Shown one piece after another: positions 20,001 to 29,903 of a stretch of 64,000 bases of DNA. The stretch is from Eubacteriales bacterium. Its GTDB lineage: Bacteria; Bacillota; Clostridia; Oscillospirales; CAG-382. Location of the stretch: assembly GCA_045539625.1 (NCBI GenBank), contig JAZQFS010000028.1, forward strand, positions 42,750 to 106,749. The letters are read 5' to 3'. How positions within the stretch are numbered: position 1 is the first letter of the stretch; every line of letters begins with the position of its first letter. The notes under the pieces are model-generated. The model was not told where the DNA came from and did no database searches. It saw only the letters and a program-made list of their open reading frames with translations. A program made the position numbers and the translations under genes.

Positions 20001-21416
20001 ATGAAAAGCAGACTTATTCTCATATTTACGGGACTTGTGTTCTTCTTCAACCCTTGCTATAATATGCTGGACATAATGCCTGATTTTATCGGTGCAATCT
20101 TGATAATGTCAGGGCTGGGCGGATTTATCTACTTTGACGCAAATTTTGCCGACGCACACAGATATGCAAAGTACCTTTTGTGGATATCGGTGTTAAGACT
20201 TGTTTTGTGCGTGTGGACGGCTTCGGGACACTGGGACTACGTTATGCCCTTTACCTTTGTGGCGGTAGTTCTTGAAGCAATTTTTATGATTGCTATGTTC
20301 AAGTCACTTTATTACGGAGCGGAATACACGCTTATGCGAAGCGGCTCTGACAGCAGTCCCAAGTTTATAAATGAAGCATTCACCATGTCCTTCATTTTTA
20401 CAATAGTAACACGGTTTCTTGACTTTGCACCTCATATTGCGGATATTGCCGCTCAGGATGCAGAGCTTGACCTCAGCCACGGTGCAACCTTTAAAATGCC
20501 TCTTGCACAGCTTAAAATGTATCTTCTTGCGGCGTGCCTTGTTTGCTCGCTGATTTTGGGTATTATTTATCTGTTTATAACGGCAAGAGCATGGATAAAG
20601 CTTATACGGGATAAAGAATACAGAGCTTTTTTAAAGGAAAAGTATGACAGCTTTTTGCGTGATGAAAGAGATGCTTACGTTACAAGACGTGTAAGCTTTG
20701 CATATCTTCTTATGACTGCGGCATTTGCTTTTTTGGCTGATTTTTATATAGATGCCGTGAACATTATACCGTCCCATATAGCAGTAATACTGTTTTTTGC
20801 TTCGGCTTGGGTGCTGTGTGCACTTTACGGAAAAAAGCCCAATGTACCTGTGTTTGTTGCGGCTCTTTGTGCTGTTGCGGTAAACTATATGTATCTGTCA
20901 AAGGTGCATCTTGGCATAAACTATCTTTACTCTGTCGATTCCTACGGCAGAGAAGAATTTCCTCTTCTTGCAAGTGATAAATCGGTGTTGTATGCTGCAG
21001 TGTTCGGTTTACTCTCGCTTCTTTTGATGTTTGCGGTGATAAGCTATACGGCAAACTGTGCAAAGCAAGTGTTTGTAAGAGAAAAACGAAGGAATGCACT
21101 TACTAAGCTTTTTGTGTTGAGAATACTGTCATTTTTCACACTTGCGTTTGTATGTGCCTCAGGTGTGCTGACGGCAGTGTGCGGACGTGTTGCATCAATC
21201 CCCGCTGTTACCGATTATGTAAAAAACAAGGCTTTTATCACAAGCGGAAAGATTTATGAGCAGATGATGGCAAACCCCGATATTGTAAGATACGAAAACT
21301 TCGTAAGTGCACAGTCGGTGTGCTATGTTGTGTCGGTTCTCGGAGTGTGTGCGTGTATGGCAGTTGTGCTGAGCATGAGCAGAAGCACCGAGGGCGACGG
21401 TAAAACTCACTTATAA
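20001..21416 (+). CDS. hypothetical polytopic membrane protein with an internally repeated module
   Basis: 471 aa, about 10 TM helices. The motif LDIMPDFIGAILIMSGL near the N-terminus recurs as VNIIPSHIAVILFFASA mid-protein. Confidence 0.6.
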   Translation: MKSRLILIFTGLVFFFNPCYNMLDIMPDFIGAILIMSGLGGFIYFDANFADAHRYAKYLLWISVLRLVLCVWTASGHWDYVMPFTFVAVVLEAIFMIAMFKSLYYGAEYTLMRSGSDSSPKFINEAFTMSFIFTIVTRFLDFAPHIADIAAQDAELDLSHGATFKMPLAQLKMYLLAACLVCSLILGIIYLFITARAWIKLIRDKEYRAFLKEKYDSFLRDERDAYVTRRVSFAYLLMTAAFAFLADFYIDAVNIIPSHIAVILFFASAWVLCALYGKKPNVPVFVAALCAVAVNYMYLSKVHLGINYLYSVDSYGREEFPLLASDKSVLYAAVFGLLSLLLMFAVISYTANCAKQVFVREKRRNALTKLFVLRILSFFTLAFVCASGVLTAVCGRVASIPAVTDYVKNKAFITSGKIYEQMMANPDIVRYENFVSAQSVCYVVSVLGVCACMAVVLSMSRSTEGDGKTHL

Positions 21417-21425
21417 GGTGAAAAT

Positions 21426-21638
21426 ATGGAAAAGAAAATATTCGGCGTAGGAGATACGCTTAACATGAAGAAAAATCACGCCTGCTCGCCCACGGCAAAG
21501 CAGATGCTTGTGCTTATGGCAGGAAGCGACGTGAAGGTGCGCTGTGTCGGCTGCGGCAGAGAAATGATAATTCCAAGAGTAAAGCTTGAAAAAAGTATAA
21601 AAAACGTAACCCGAAAGGACAATACAGACAATGTTTGA
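21426..21638 (+). CDS. DUF951 family small protein
   Basis: 70 aa; pattern GD.L.MKK.H.C......L..MG.D..V.C.GCGR...IPR..LEK matches my memory of DUF951 (YyzM-like). Confidence 0.65.
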   Translation: MEKKIFGVGDTLNMKKNHACSPTAKQMLVLMAGSDVKVRCVGCGREMIIPRVKLEKSIKNVTRKDNTDNV

Positions 21639-22710
21639 AAACCTCAAAGAAGCAGAGAAGCATTTTGAAGAAATAAACGAAATGCTTATGGACCCCCAAG
21701 TAATAAACGATAATGAAAAGTATAAAAATCTAATGAAGGAGCACAAAAACCTGTCTCCCATTATCGAAAAGTACCGAGAATACAAAACCACAGAGGAAAA
21801 CCTTGAGCAGGCAAAGGAATTGCTTGGTGATTCTTCCACAGATAACGAAATGAAGGAGCTTGCCGAGGAAGAAATGAAGGAGTGCAAGGAAGCTCTTGAA
21901 ACCATTACCGAGGAGCTTAAAATCCTTCTTCTTCCCAAGGACGAGGACGACGATAAGAACGTTATTATCGAAATCCGTGCAGGAACAGGCGGTGAAGAAG
22001 CGGCGCTCTTTGCTCACAGCGTATACAGAATGTATTCTATGTATGCCGACAGAAAGGGTTACAAGATAGAAATTATGAATCAGAACGAAACCGAGCTTGG
22101 CGGTATAAAGGAAATCTCCTTTATGGTAGAAGGCAGCGGTGCCTTTTCACGCTTCAAGTTTGAAAGCGGCGTTCACAGAGTTCAGCGTGTTCCCGAAACA
22201 GAAACACAGGGACGTGTGCATACCTCGGCTATAACCGTAGCCGTTCTTCCCGAAGCGGAAGAGGTTGAAATTGACATCAATCCCGCAGACCTTGAAATTG
22301 ACACCTTCCGAAGCGGCGGAGCCGGTGGTCAGCACGTAAATAAAACAGACTCCGCTATCCGTATTACTCATAAGCCCACAGGCGTTGTTGTTGAATGTCA
22401 GGACGAAAGAAGTCAGTTCAAGAACAGAGACAAGGCAATGAAGATGCTCAGAACAAAGCTTCTCGATGCCGAGAGAACAAAGCAGCAGAACGCCATTTCT
22501 TCCGAGCGTAAGAGTCAGGTTGGAAGCGGTGACAGAAGCGAAAGAATCAGAACTTATAACTATCCTCAGAGCCGTCTTACCGACCATAGAATAGGTCTTA
22601 CTCTCTACAGCCTTGAGCAGATTCTTGACGGCGACCTTGACAGCGTAATTGATGCACTTATTACTGCAGATACAGCAGAAAAACTTCAGAACAGCGAGTT
22701 TAATTCATAA
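21631..22710 (+). CDS. prfA: peptide chain release factor 1
   Basis: GGQ motif ([11 protein letters not shown]); RF1-type PxT tripeptide in [15 protein letters not shown]; 359 aa. Confidence 0.93.
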   Translation: MFENLKEAEKHFEEINEMLMDPQVINDNEKYKNLMKEHKNLSPIIEKYREYKTTEENLEQAKELLGDSSTDNEMKELAEEEMKECKEALETITEELKILLLPKDEDDDKNVIIEIRAGTGGEEAALFAHSVYRMYSMYADRKGYKIEIMNQNETELGGIKEISFMVEGSGAFSRFKFESGVHRVQRVPETETQGRVHTSAITVAVLPEAEEVEIDINPADLEIDTFRSGGAGGQHVNKTDSAIRITHKPTGVVVECQDERSQFKNRDKAMKMLRTKLLDAERTKQQNAISSERKSQVGSGDRSERIRTYNYPQSRLTDHRIGLTLYSLEQILDGDLDSVIDALITADTAEKLQNSEFNS

Positions 22711-23792
22711 TGATACTTGAAGAAACAAAAGTTTTTAAAGTAAAGCCCGACCTGTCGGGAGAAAATGATATAGAAAACCTTACCTTTGCGGCAGATGTTT
22801 TAAAAAGAGGCGGTCTTGTAGCATTTCCCACCGAAACGGTATACGGACTCGGTGCAAATGCACTTGACGAAAATGCCGTGAAATCTATCTTTACGGCAAA
22901 AGGAAGAGCACAGGACAATCCTCTTATCGTTCATCTGTCAAAAGCAGAGGATATGGACAAATATGCAAAGGTAGACCTATGCCCAAAGGCACATCTTCTT
23001 ATGGACAGAATGCCTGCTCCTCTTACGGTTATCATGCCAAAGAGAGACATTGTTCCGTCTGTTGTTACGGCAGGACTTGACAGTGTTGCTCAGCGTGTGC
23101 CCGAAAGTGTTATTGCACGAAAGCTTATAGAGCTGTCGGGCGTTCCGGTTGCCGCACCCAGCGCCAACATTTCGGGAAAGCCAAGCCCCACAAAGGCTTC
23201 TCACGTAATTGCGGATATGACAGGTAAAGCCGATGTTATCATTGACGGAGGCTGTTGCAGTGTTGGGCTTGAATCAACGGTTGTGTCGCTTTGCTCGGAC
23301 GTGCCTAAGCTTCTTAGACCGGGCGGATTTACCTATGAGAGCCTTTGCGAAATTCTGGGAGAGGTGGAAATCTCAGATGCTGTGCTGTCACAGCTGAAAG
23401 AGGGACAGAAGCCTGAGTCTCCCGGAATGAAATATAAGCATTATGCCCCTGATGCAAGGGTTGTGCTTGTAAAGGGCAAAGAAGAAAATGTGAAAAAGCT
23501 TCTGACAGAAAAATATAAAAACGGCAATACGGGAATAATCTGTTATGACGGAGATGTGGAAGCCAATGACAGCAGAGTCATTACGGTGGGAAGCAGACAG
23601 GATAACAGTCTGTACGCTGAAAAAATGTTTGATTGTCTCAGAAGTATGGATAAAATCGAGGGAATTGACACAATTTATGCCTGTCTTCCCGAGAATACGT
23701 CGGGAATATCTCTTGCCATTTACAACAGAATGTTAAGAGCTGCCGCATTTTATGTGGTAGATGCAGATACAGCCTTGACAGAAGGAGAGTAA
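22710..23792 (+). CDS. tsaC: L-threonylcarbamoyladenylate synthase (Sua5/YwlC type, with C-terminal Sua5 domain)
   Basis: YrdC-domain motif FPTETVYGLGANAL; 360 aa long form. Confidence 0.85.
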   Translation: MILEETKVFKVKPDLSGENDIENLTFAADVLKRGGLVAFPTETVYGLGANALDENAVKSIFTAKGRAQDNPLIVHLSKAEDMDKYAKVDLCPKAHLLMDRMPAPLTVIMPKRDIVPSVVTAGLDSVAQRVPESVIARKLIELSGVPVAAPSANISGKPSPTKASHVIADMTGKADVIIDGGCCSVGLESTVVSLCSDVPKLLRPGGFTYESLCEILGEVEISDAVLSQLKEGQKPESPGMKYKHYAPDARVVLVKGKEENVKKLLTEKYKNGNTGIICYDGDVEANDSRVITVGSRQDNSLYAEKMFDCLRSMDKIEGIDTIYACLPENTSGISLAIYNRMLRAAAFYVVDADTALTEGE

Positions 23793-23795
23793 AAT

Positions 23796-24395
23796 ATGCT
23801 TATACTTGGACTTACCGGACAAAGCGGTGCAGGCAAGGGCGTGTTTTCGGATGCCGTAAAGGAAAAAGACGGCGTATATGTGATTGATACCGATGTTACG
23901 GCACGTGAGGTTGTAAAATGCGGAGAAAAGTGCCTTGATGAGCTGGCTTGCTTCTTTGGCGGGGAAATACTTCAAAAAGACGGAAGCCTTGACAGAAAAC
24001 GTCTTGCCGAGCTTGCTTTTTCCGATGAAGAAAAGCATGGAATGTTAAATAAAATTACTCATTGCCACATAATGAAAAAGATTGAAGAATGGCTTGATGA
24101 GTGCCGCAAAAACGGTGCAAAATGTGCCGTTGTTGATGCACCGTTGCTTTTTGAAAGCGGTGCAGATAAGCTTTGCAATGTTACGGTGGGAATAATTGCA
24201 CCTTATGAAAAAAGGCTTGAAAGAATTATAAGCCGTGACGGGCTGGATGAAAAAAGTGCCCGACTCAGACTTGATGCACAGCCTGACGATGCTTTTTTTC
24301 GCGAAAAGTGTGATTACATACTTGAAAACACAGGCGGTCAGGCAGAGTTTAAAGCACGTGCAAAGCAGCTTGTTGACGGTTTACTTAAAGAATAA
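23796..24395 (+). CDS. coaE: dephospho-CoA kinase
   Basis: P-loop GLTGQSGAGKG; 199 aa. Confidence 0.85.
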   Translation: MLILGLTGQSGAGKGVFSDAVKEKDGVYVIDTDVTAREVVKCGEKCLDELACFFGGEILQKDGSLDRKRLAELAFSDEEKHGMLNKITHCHIMKKIEEWLDECRKNGAKCAVVDAPLLFESGADKLCNVTVGIIAPYEKRLERIISRDGLDEKSARLRLDAQPDDAFFREKCDYILENTGGQAEFKARAKQLVDGLLKE

Positions 24396-24414
24396 CGCAT
24401 GAAAGGTTTTTGCC

Positions 24415-24981
24415 ATGAAAAAGACAATTTCCATAATATGTATATTGCTGACGGCGGCACTTGTTGCACTGTTCTGGGTGAAAATAGACGATGCACTTAC
24501 ACGGAAAAGCCACCCTCACCAATATGCACAGTATGTTGAAAAATATGCACAGGAAAACGCAGTACCGACGGAGCTTGTGTACGGAGTAATAAAAGCCGAA
24601 AGCAATTTCAAGAGCGATGCTGTTTCAAATAAGGGTGCTGTGGGACTTATGCAGCTTATGCCTGACACCTATGCGTGGCTGTGCGGAAAAAAGGGGGATG
24701 AAAACGTAGATCCCGACCTTCTGTATATCCCCGAAACCAATATAAAGTACGGCACTTACTATCTGAGCACACTGTATACTCAGTTCGGAAATTGGGAAAA
24801 CGCTCTTGCGGCGTATAATGCCGGTCCTTCACGGGTTAAGCAATGGATTGAGGAGTACGGCTGTGACGAAAGAGGCGTGCTGAAGAATATTCCTTTTGAA
24901 GAAACCTCAAAGTACGTAAAAAAAGTTCTGAAGGAAAAAGAAACCTATTTTGAGCTTTATTACAATTCAGATAACAAATAA
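24415..24981 (+). CDS. lytic transglycosylase (SLT domain) protein, membrane-anchored
   Basis: N-terminal TM helix; catalytic-Glu motif IKAESNF, GLMQLMP, AYNAGP. Confidence 0.82.
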   Translation: MKKTISIICILLTAALVALFWVKIDDALTRKSHPHQYAQYVEKYAQENAVPTELVYGVIKAESNFKSDAVSNKGAVGLMQLMPDTYAWLCGKKGDENVDPDLLYIPETNIKYGTYYLSTLYTQFGNWENALAAYNAGPSRVKQWIEEYGCDERGVLKNIPFEETSKYVKKVLKEKETYFELYYNSDNK

Positions 24982-25005
24982 TATCCATAAGAAAGGATGA
25001 TAAAT

Positions 25006-26409
25006 ATGGCTGAAAAGACAGCTGCGGAGCTTTTGAAAGAAGAGCTTTACATGACAAAGAAAAGCGCATACGAAACCATGTCAAAGGAAGAAATCGAAGA
25101 GTGTTACAGCTACTGTGAGGACTACAAAAAATTCCTTGACGAGTGCAAAACAGAAAGAGAATCTGTTGAATATGCAGTGAAATTTCTTGAAGAAAGAGGT
25201 TTTACACCTTTTGAGTACGGTAAGGAATATAAGACAGGCGACAAGTTCTATCTCAACAACAGAGGCAAGGCAATTTACATTGTTGTAATGGGACAAAAGC
25301 CCTTGAATGACGGTGTACGCATTGCGGCGGCACACGTTGACAGCCCAAGAATTGACCTTAAGCAGAATCCTCTTTATGAGGACGGCGGCTTTGCTTTCTT
25401 TAAGACACACTACTACGGCGGCATCAAAAAGTACCAGTGGGTTACAATTCCTCTTGCAATTCACGGCGTAATCGTAAAGGCTGACGGAACAAGCGTAAAT
25501 GTGTGCATAGGTGAGGATGACAGCGATCCCGTATTCTACATCACCGACCTTCTGCCTCACCTTGGTAAGGATCAGAACGCCAAGAGTCTGGGCGGTGCCT
25601 TTAACGGAGAACAGCTTAATATTCTTTGCGGAAGCAGACCTTTTGACGATGAAAAGGTTAAGGATATAAAGCTTAATATGCTGAAGATTCTCAACGAAAA
25701 GTATGGCATTGTGGAAGCGGATTTCCTTTCCAGCGAGCTTTGCGTTGTTCCTTCAATCAAGGCACGTGACCTTGGCTTTGACAGAAGCCTTATAGCTGCA
25801 TACGGTCACGATGACAGAGTTTGTGCGTATCCTATTCTCACAGCTTGCGTAGATTCCTGTAAGGATACTTTACCCGAATATACAACCGTTACCATTTTTG
25901 CGGACAAGGAAGAAACAGGCAGCGACGGTAATACAGGTATGCAGTCCTTTGCGTTTGAAGATATGCTTAAGGAAATGTGCGAAAATGCAGGACAGAACGT
26001 AAGACAGATGTTTTCAAATTCAACCTGTCTTTCTGCCGATGTACACGCTTGCTTTGACCCCAACTTCGGCGAGGTTTATGAAGCAAGAAATACTGCTTAT
26101 ATTAACAAAGGCGTTTGCGTAACCAAGTTTACGGGCGGCGGCGGAAAGGGCGGCACAAATGATGCTCACGCTGAATATGTGGGCTTTGTACGCAAGCTGT
26201 TTGACGAAAACGGCGTTGTATGGCAGACAGGCGAGCTTGGTAAGGTAGACCAAGGCGGCGGCGGAACGGTAGCAAAGTATATCTCAAAGCTTAACGCAGA
26301 TGTAATTGACGTTGGTGTTCCCGTAATCTCAATGCATGCACCCTATGAGGTTGTTTCCAAAACCGACATCTGGGCGGCATATAAGGCGTTTTTAGCTTTC
26401 TTCAAATAA
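25006..26409 (+). CDS. M18 family aminopeptidase
   Basis: AAHVDSPRIDLK motif and overall M18 (aminopeptidase 1-like) layout. ATG at 25006 follows GAAAGGA. Confidence 0.8.
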   Translation: MAEKTAAELLKEELYMTKKSAYETMSKEEIEECYSYCEDYKKFLDECKTERESVEYAVKFLEERGFTPFEYGKEYKTGDKFYLNNRGKAIYIVVMGQKPLNDGVRIAAAHVDSPRIDLKQNPLYEDGGFAFFKTHYYGGIKKYQWVTIPLAIHGVIVKADGTSVNVCIGEDDSDPVFYITDLLPHLGKDQNAKSLGGAFNGEQLNILCGSRPFDDEKVKDIKLNMLKILNEKYGIVEADFLSSELCVVPSIKARDLGFDRSLIAAYGHDDRVCAYPILTACVDSCKDTLPEYTTVTIFADKEETGSDGNTGMQSFAFEDMLKEMCENAGQNVRQMFSNSTCLSADVHACFDPNFGEVYEARNTAYINKGVCVTKFTGGGGKGGTNDAHAEYVGFVRKLFDENGVVWQTGELGKVDQGGGGTVAKYISKLNADVIDVGVPVISMHAPYEVVSKTDIWAAYKAFLAFFK

Positions 26410-26595
26410 TTTATTTTCTCTTTGATAAAAAGAGAAAGTAAACAAAGAGAAAATAACGGCACACCAACCAAAGATTGGATAAAACCGCTATCGTCGGTGC
26501 ACGATTATCCGTCTTTGAGTCTGAATAACTCATAGACTACTCTTGAATTAAAGATTGTATTGATGAAGTTCATAGAATGTAGTATATCCCTCCAT

Positions 26596-26624
26596 TCATG
26601 AACGGCGACAGCCAAAATAAAGTT
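26596..26624 (+). repeat. copy A of an intergenic repeat; core gaacggcgacagccaaaataaagtt at 26600-26624
   Basis: 28/29 identity to the reverse complement of 36965-36993. Weaker similarity extends to about 26583-26645, including an A/T-rich hairpin. Confidence 0.85.
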
Positions 26625-26692
26625 TTTGCGGAGCTTTTTTCAAAAAGCGACCGTACCTGTCAGACATAAAACTATCTATAAGGAGAAATAAA

Positions 26693-28000
26693 ATGAACAT
26701 TAAGGAATTAAAAGAAGCCATTAAAAACGGCGGATACGACAAAGCGTTCAAGGAGCTTTACGGCGAAGGCTGCGAGCTTGAAGCGGTAAAGGCGAGATAT
26801 CTTGCCTGTGCAGACGGCTTTGAAGAAAACTACGGCACAAAGAAGTACGGTGACGTACAGATGTTTTCCGTGGCAGGCAGAAGCGAAATTTCAGGTAATC
26901 ATACCGACCATAACCACGGCAAGGTGCTTGCGGCATCTATTACACTTGACATCATTTCCGTTGCGGCAAAGAACGACGACGGAGTAATCGGAGTAAAGTC
27001 TGAAGGCTTCCCCGAAGACGTAGTATCTCTTGCTGATGTAGAAAAGGTAAGAGACGAGGAAAAGTACAAGGCAAGCGCCATTATCAGAGGTATGTGCGAC
27101 GGCTTCAAGAAGAACGGTTATAATGTGGGCGCTTATTATGCGTATACCACATCAAACGTGCTTAAAGGCTCAGGTCTTTCTTCCTCTGCAGCATTTGAAG
27201 ATATGATAGGCAATATGCTTAACTACTTCTACAATGACGGTAACATTGATAACGTTGAAATTGCAAAGATTGCACAGTACTCCGAAAACGTACACTTCGG
27301 CAAGCCCTGCGGACTTATGGATCAGGTTGCCTGCGGTGTGGGCGGATTTGTAGCTATTGACTTTAATGATCCCTCAAAGCCCATAGTTGAAAAGCTTCCC
27401 TTTGAGCTTGATAAGTTTGATATGGCTCTTTGTATCGTTAACACAGGCGGAAACCACGCTGACCTCAACGAGGATTACGCTTCCGTTCCCGCTGACATGA
27501 AGAAGGTTGCAAAGGTTCTCGGCGTTGAATTTCTCCGTGACTCTTCAAAGGAAGCACTTCTTGACAAGGCTGTTGAAATAAGACAGACTCTCGGCGACAA
27601 GTGCCTTATGAGAGCAATGCACTTCTACAATGAAAATGTAAGAGTTACAAAGCAGAAGGAAGCTCTTGCAAAGGGTGACCTTAATGGGTTCCTTGACGGC
27701 GTAAAGGCATCGGGCAACTCCTCCTTTACAATGCTTCAGAATGTATACACAACAAAGAATGTTGACGAACAGGGACTCAGCCTGGCTCTTGCACTTTCAG
27801 CAGAGGTGCTTGGCAGCGAAGCAAATGCGGCTTGGCGTGTACACGGCGGCGGTTGTGCAGGAACAATACAGGCATTTGTTCCCAAGGCAAAGGTGGCAGA
27901 ATATAAGTCAAGCCTTGAAAAAGTGTTCGGCGAAGGCAATGTATACGTGCTTGGTGTAAGAAAGTACGGTGCAGTAAGCCTTGAAGTGCTTAACAAATAA
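26693..28000 (+). CDS. galK: galactokinase-family GHMP sugar kinase
   Basis: GRSEISGNHTDHNHG (galactokinase signature variant), GHMP motif GSGLSSSAAF; 435 aa. Confidence 0.75.
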   Translation: MNIKELKEAIKNGGYDKAFKELYGEGCELEAVKARYLACADGFEENYGTKKYGDVQMFSVAGRSEISGNHTDHNHGKVLAASITLDIISVAAKNDDGVIGVKSEGFPEDVVSLADVEKVRDEEKYKASAIIRGMCDGFKKNGYNVGAYYAYTTSNVLKGSGLSSSAAFEDMIGNMLNYFYNDGNIDNVEIAKIAQYSENVHFGKPCGLMDQVACGVGGFVAIDFNDPSKPIVEKLPFELDKFDMALCIVNTGGNHADLNEDYASVPADMKKVAKVLGVEFLRDSSKEALLDKAVEIRQTLGDKCLMRAMHFYNENVRVTKQKEALAKGDLNGFLDGVKASGNSSFTMLQNVYTTKNVDEQGLSLALALSAEVLGSEANAAWRVHGGGCAGTIQAFVPKAKVAEYKSSLEKVFGEGNVYVLGVRKYGAVSLEVLNK

Positions 28001-28362
28001 TGAAAAATCTTAAATATCTTGCCGTGCTGGTGCTTGTCCTTGTTGTTTCGGGTTCTGTTTATATAGGCTGTGTCACAAGCGGAAATCCTGCTTTGCTGAC
28101 GGTGATGCCAATATATCAGATTGTGTCCATACTTGCAATATGCGGATACATTTTTCTTGTGCTTCGCCATAACAACGAAATCGGCAAGGCAAAAGTGCAG
28201 GGGCTTGAACTTGACACGGCTGCGATTGAAAAGCGAAAAGCTCAGATAAAATGGTATATTGCGTTGCTGTTCCCTTTTGTGTTGGTAACGCTTTGCGACT
28301 ATATTTACCTGCTTCTGCTGGCGGATAACCCTGCTTTTCAAAACATTATAAAATTCTTTTAG
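28000..28362 (+). CDS. hypothetical small membrane protein
   Basis: 120 aa, about 4 hydrophobic helices. Its ATG overlaps the kinase stop (TAATG). Confidence 0.5.
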   Translation: MKNLKYLAVLVLVLVVSGSVYIGCVTSGNPALLTVMPIYQIVSILAICGYIFLVLRHNNEIGKAKVQGLELDTAAIEKRKAQIKWYIALLFPFVLVTLCDYIYLLLLADNPAFQNIIKFF

Positions 28363-28376
28363 GTGGAAATTAACTG

Positions 28377-29150
28377 ATGTTCAGAGCGATACCTTTGTTT
28401 TCCGGCTCAAGCGGAAACTGTGTGTATATTCAGCATAATGATGAGGAAATCCTTGTTGATGCAGGGGTTTCCTATAAAAAAATATGTGCAGCACTTTCAA
28501 GTGTAGGCAGCGACATATCAAGAATCAAGGCGTTGCTTGTTACTCACGAGCATTCCGACCATATCAAGGCTCTTGATGTACTGTCAAAGCACACGGATAT
28601 GCCGATATACATAAATTCTAAGTCGGCGAAAGCCTTTTGCTGTCCTGAGGATGAGCTGTTTTGCGGTCATACTGTAATAGCGGAGCCGGGTGAGACAGTG
28701 ACCTTTAATGGGTTTGAAGTCAATATCTTTCCCACGCCTCACGACTCACACGGCTCGGTTGGGTATCATTTTACTTTTTCAGACGGTGAAAGGTTTGCTC
28801 TTGCCACCGATATCGGGCATATAACATCGGATATTTCAGGCTATTTGCTTGGGTGTAAAGAGGTTGTTCTCGAATCAAACCATGACATCAAGATGCTCAA
28901 TAACGGACCGTATCCCTATCTTTTGAAAAAGCGAATACTTTCCGACAGAGGTCATCTGTCAAACGAGGCGTGTGCACATCTTGTACCTACTCTTGTGGAG
29001 AACGGGACAAGAAAAATCATACTTGCCCATCTGTCCGAGGAGAACAACACACCGTCACTTGCCTACCAGACCTCGGCAGAGGCACTCGCATCAGCAGGCT
29101 ATACCCCAGATGATGTCAAGCTGACCGTTGCAATGAAGAGCATAATTTAA
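28377..29150 (+). CDS. MBL-fold metallo-hydrolase (YycJ/WalJ-like)
   Basis: THEHSDH metal motif; 257 aa. Confidence 0.8.
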   Translation: MFRAIPLFSGSSGNCVYIQHNDEEILVDAGVSYKKICAALSSVGSDISRIKALLVTHEHSDHIKALDVLSKHTDMPIYINSKSAKAFCCPEDELFCGHTVIAEPGETVTFNGFEVNIFPTPHDSHGSVGYHFTFSDGERFALATDIGHITSDISGYLLGCKEVVLESNHDIKMLNNGPYPYLLKKRILSDRGHLSNEACAHLVPTLVENGTRKIILAHLSEENNTPSLAYQTSAEALASAGYTPDDVKLTVAMKSII

Positions 29151-29168
29151 AGGAGAGAAAAATACAAT

Positions 29169-29822
29169 ATGGATACAAAAATTATAGTTGTCCGTCACGC
29201 ACAAAGTACAGGAAATCTGCTCGGCGAATTTCACGGACAGTACCCTTCCGACATAACCGAGCTTGGCGTAAAGCAGGCACAGTGCACCTCGGAATTTTTA
29301 AAGGATTATAAAATAGACGTAGCCTTTGCCAGCGATATTCCAAGAGCCTACCACACAACACAAATTGTCGCACAGCCTCACGGTCTTGAGGTTACGGGTG
29401 TGGAAGGACTTCGTGAGATTTTCGCAGGCGAATGGGAGCAGATGCCCTTTGATGACATTGGCGGAAAGTATCCCGAACAGTACCGCATATGGCGTGAAGA
29501 CCTCGGAAATGCGGCTTGTCCCGGTGGAGAAAGCGTAAAGGCGTTACAGGAAAGAGTGAATGCGGCGATTGAAAAAATAGTAAAAGAAAACGCAGGCAAA
29601 AACATTCTTGTGGGTACGCACGCAACGCCTATTCGTGTTATGGCGTGCATATGGCATAATGTGGCACTTGAAAAGATTACAACGCTTCCCTGGGTGCCCA
29701 ATGCCTCTGTTTCCATTATCAATTACGACAGCAAAACGTTGGAACATTCTATTGAAAGCTATGCGCTTTGCGAACATTTGCTGAAGGAAAATCTGGTGAC
29801 GGAATTGCCGAAGAATATTTAG
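29169..29822 (+). CDS. histidine phosphatase (phosphoglycerate mutase) family protein
   Basis: RHAQSTGN catalytic motif and a downstream GTHATP motif. Confidence 0.82.
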   Translation: MDTKIIVVRHAQSTGNLLGEFHGQYPSDITELGVKQAQCTSEFLKDYKIDVAFASDIPRAYHTTQIVAQPHGLEVTGVEGLREIFAGEWEQMPFDDIGGKYPEQYRIWREDLGNAACPGGESVKALQERVNAAIEKIVKENAGKNILVGTHATPIRVMACIWHNVALEKITTLPWVPNASVSIINYDSKTLEHSIESYALCEHLLKENLVTELPKNI

Positions 29823-29862
29823 GTTTTCATAAAAAACGTTACTATAATTATTTAATACAAAT

Positions 29863-29899
29863 AAAGGACAACACTTAAATTTGAAAAGTGTTGTCCTTT
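29863..29899. terminator. bidirectional terminator at the convergent junction
   Basis: 14-bp perfect stem aaaggacaacactt / aagtgttgtccttt, flanked by A/T runs on both sides. Confidence 0.8.
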
Positions 29900-29903
29900 A
29901 AAA

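Noticed and set aside
21411-21938. 175-aa minus-strand ORF opposite DUF951 and prfA
   Set aside because: It is antisense to prfA, has a Ser-rich low-complexity translation, and shows no start context.
26440-26600. Idea that the gap upstream of the galactokinase-like gene holds a decayed, internally deleted SRP RNA paralogue (shared words cacacc, ccgctat, tccctc..catgaac)
   Set aside because: Outside the repeat the similarity is short words only. The tccctcca..gaac stretch aligns at least as well with the flank of repeat copy B as with SRP helix 8. No helix 8 motif or closing helix is present. It would need a covariance-model search to revive the idea.
27736-28341. 201-aa minus-strand ORF opposite the galactokinase-like gene and the small membrane protein gene
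   Set aside because: It is antisense to a well-supported kinase gene and contains no motifs.
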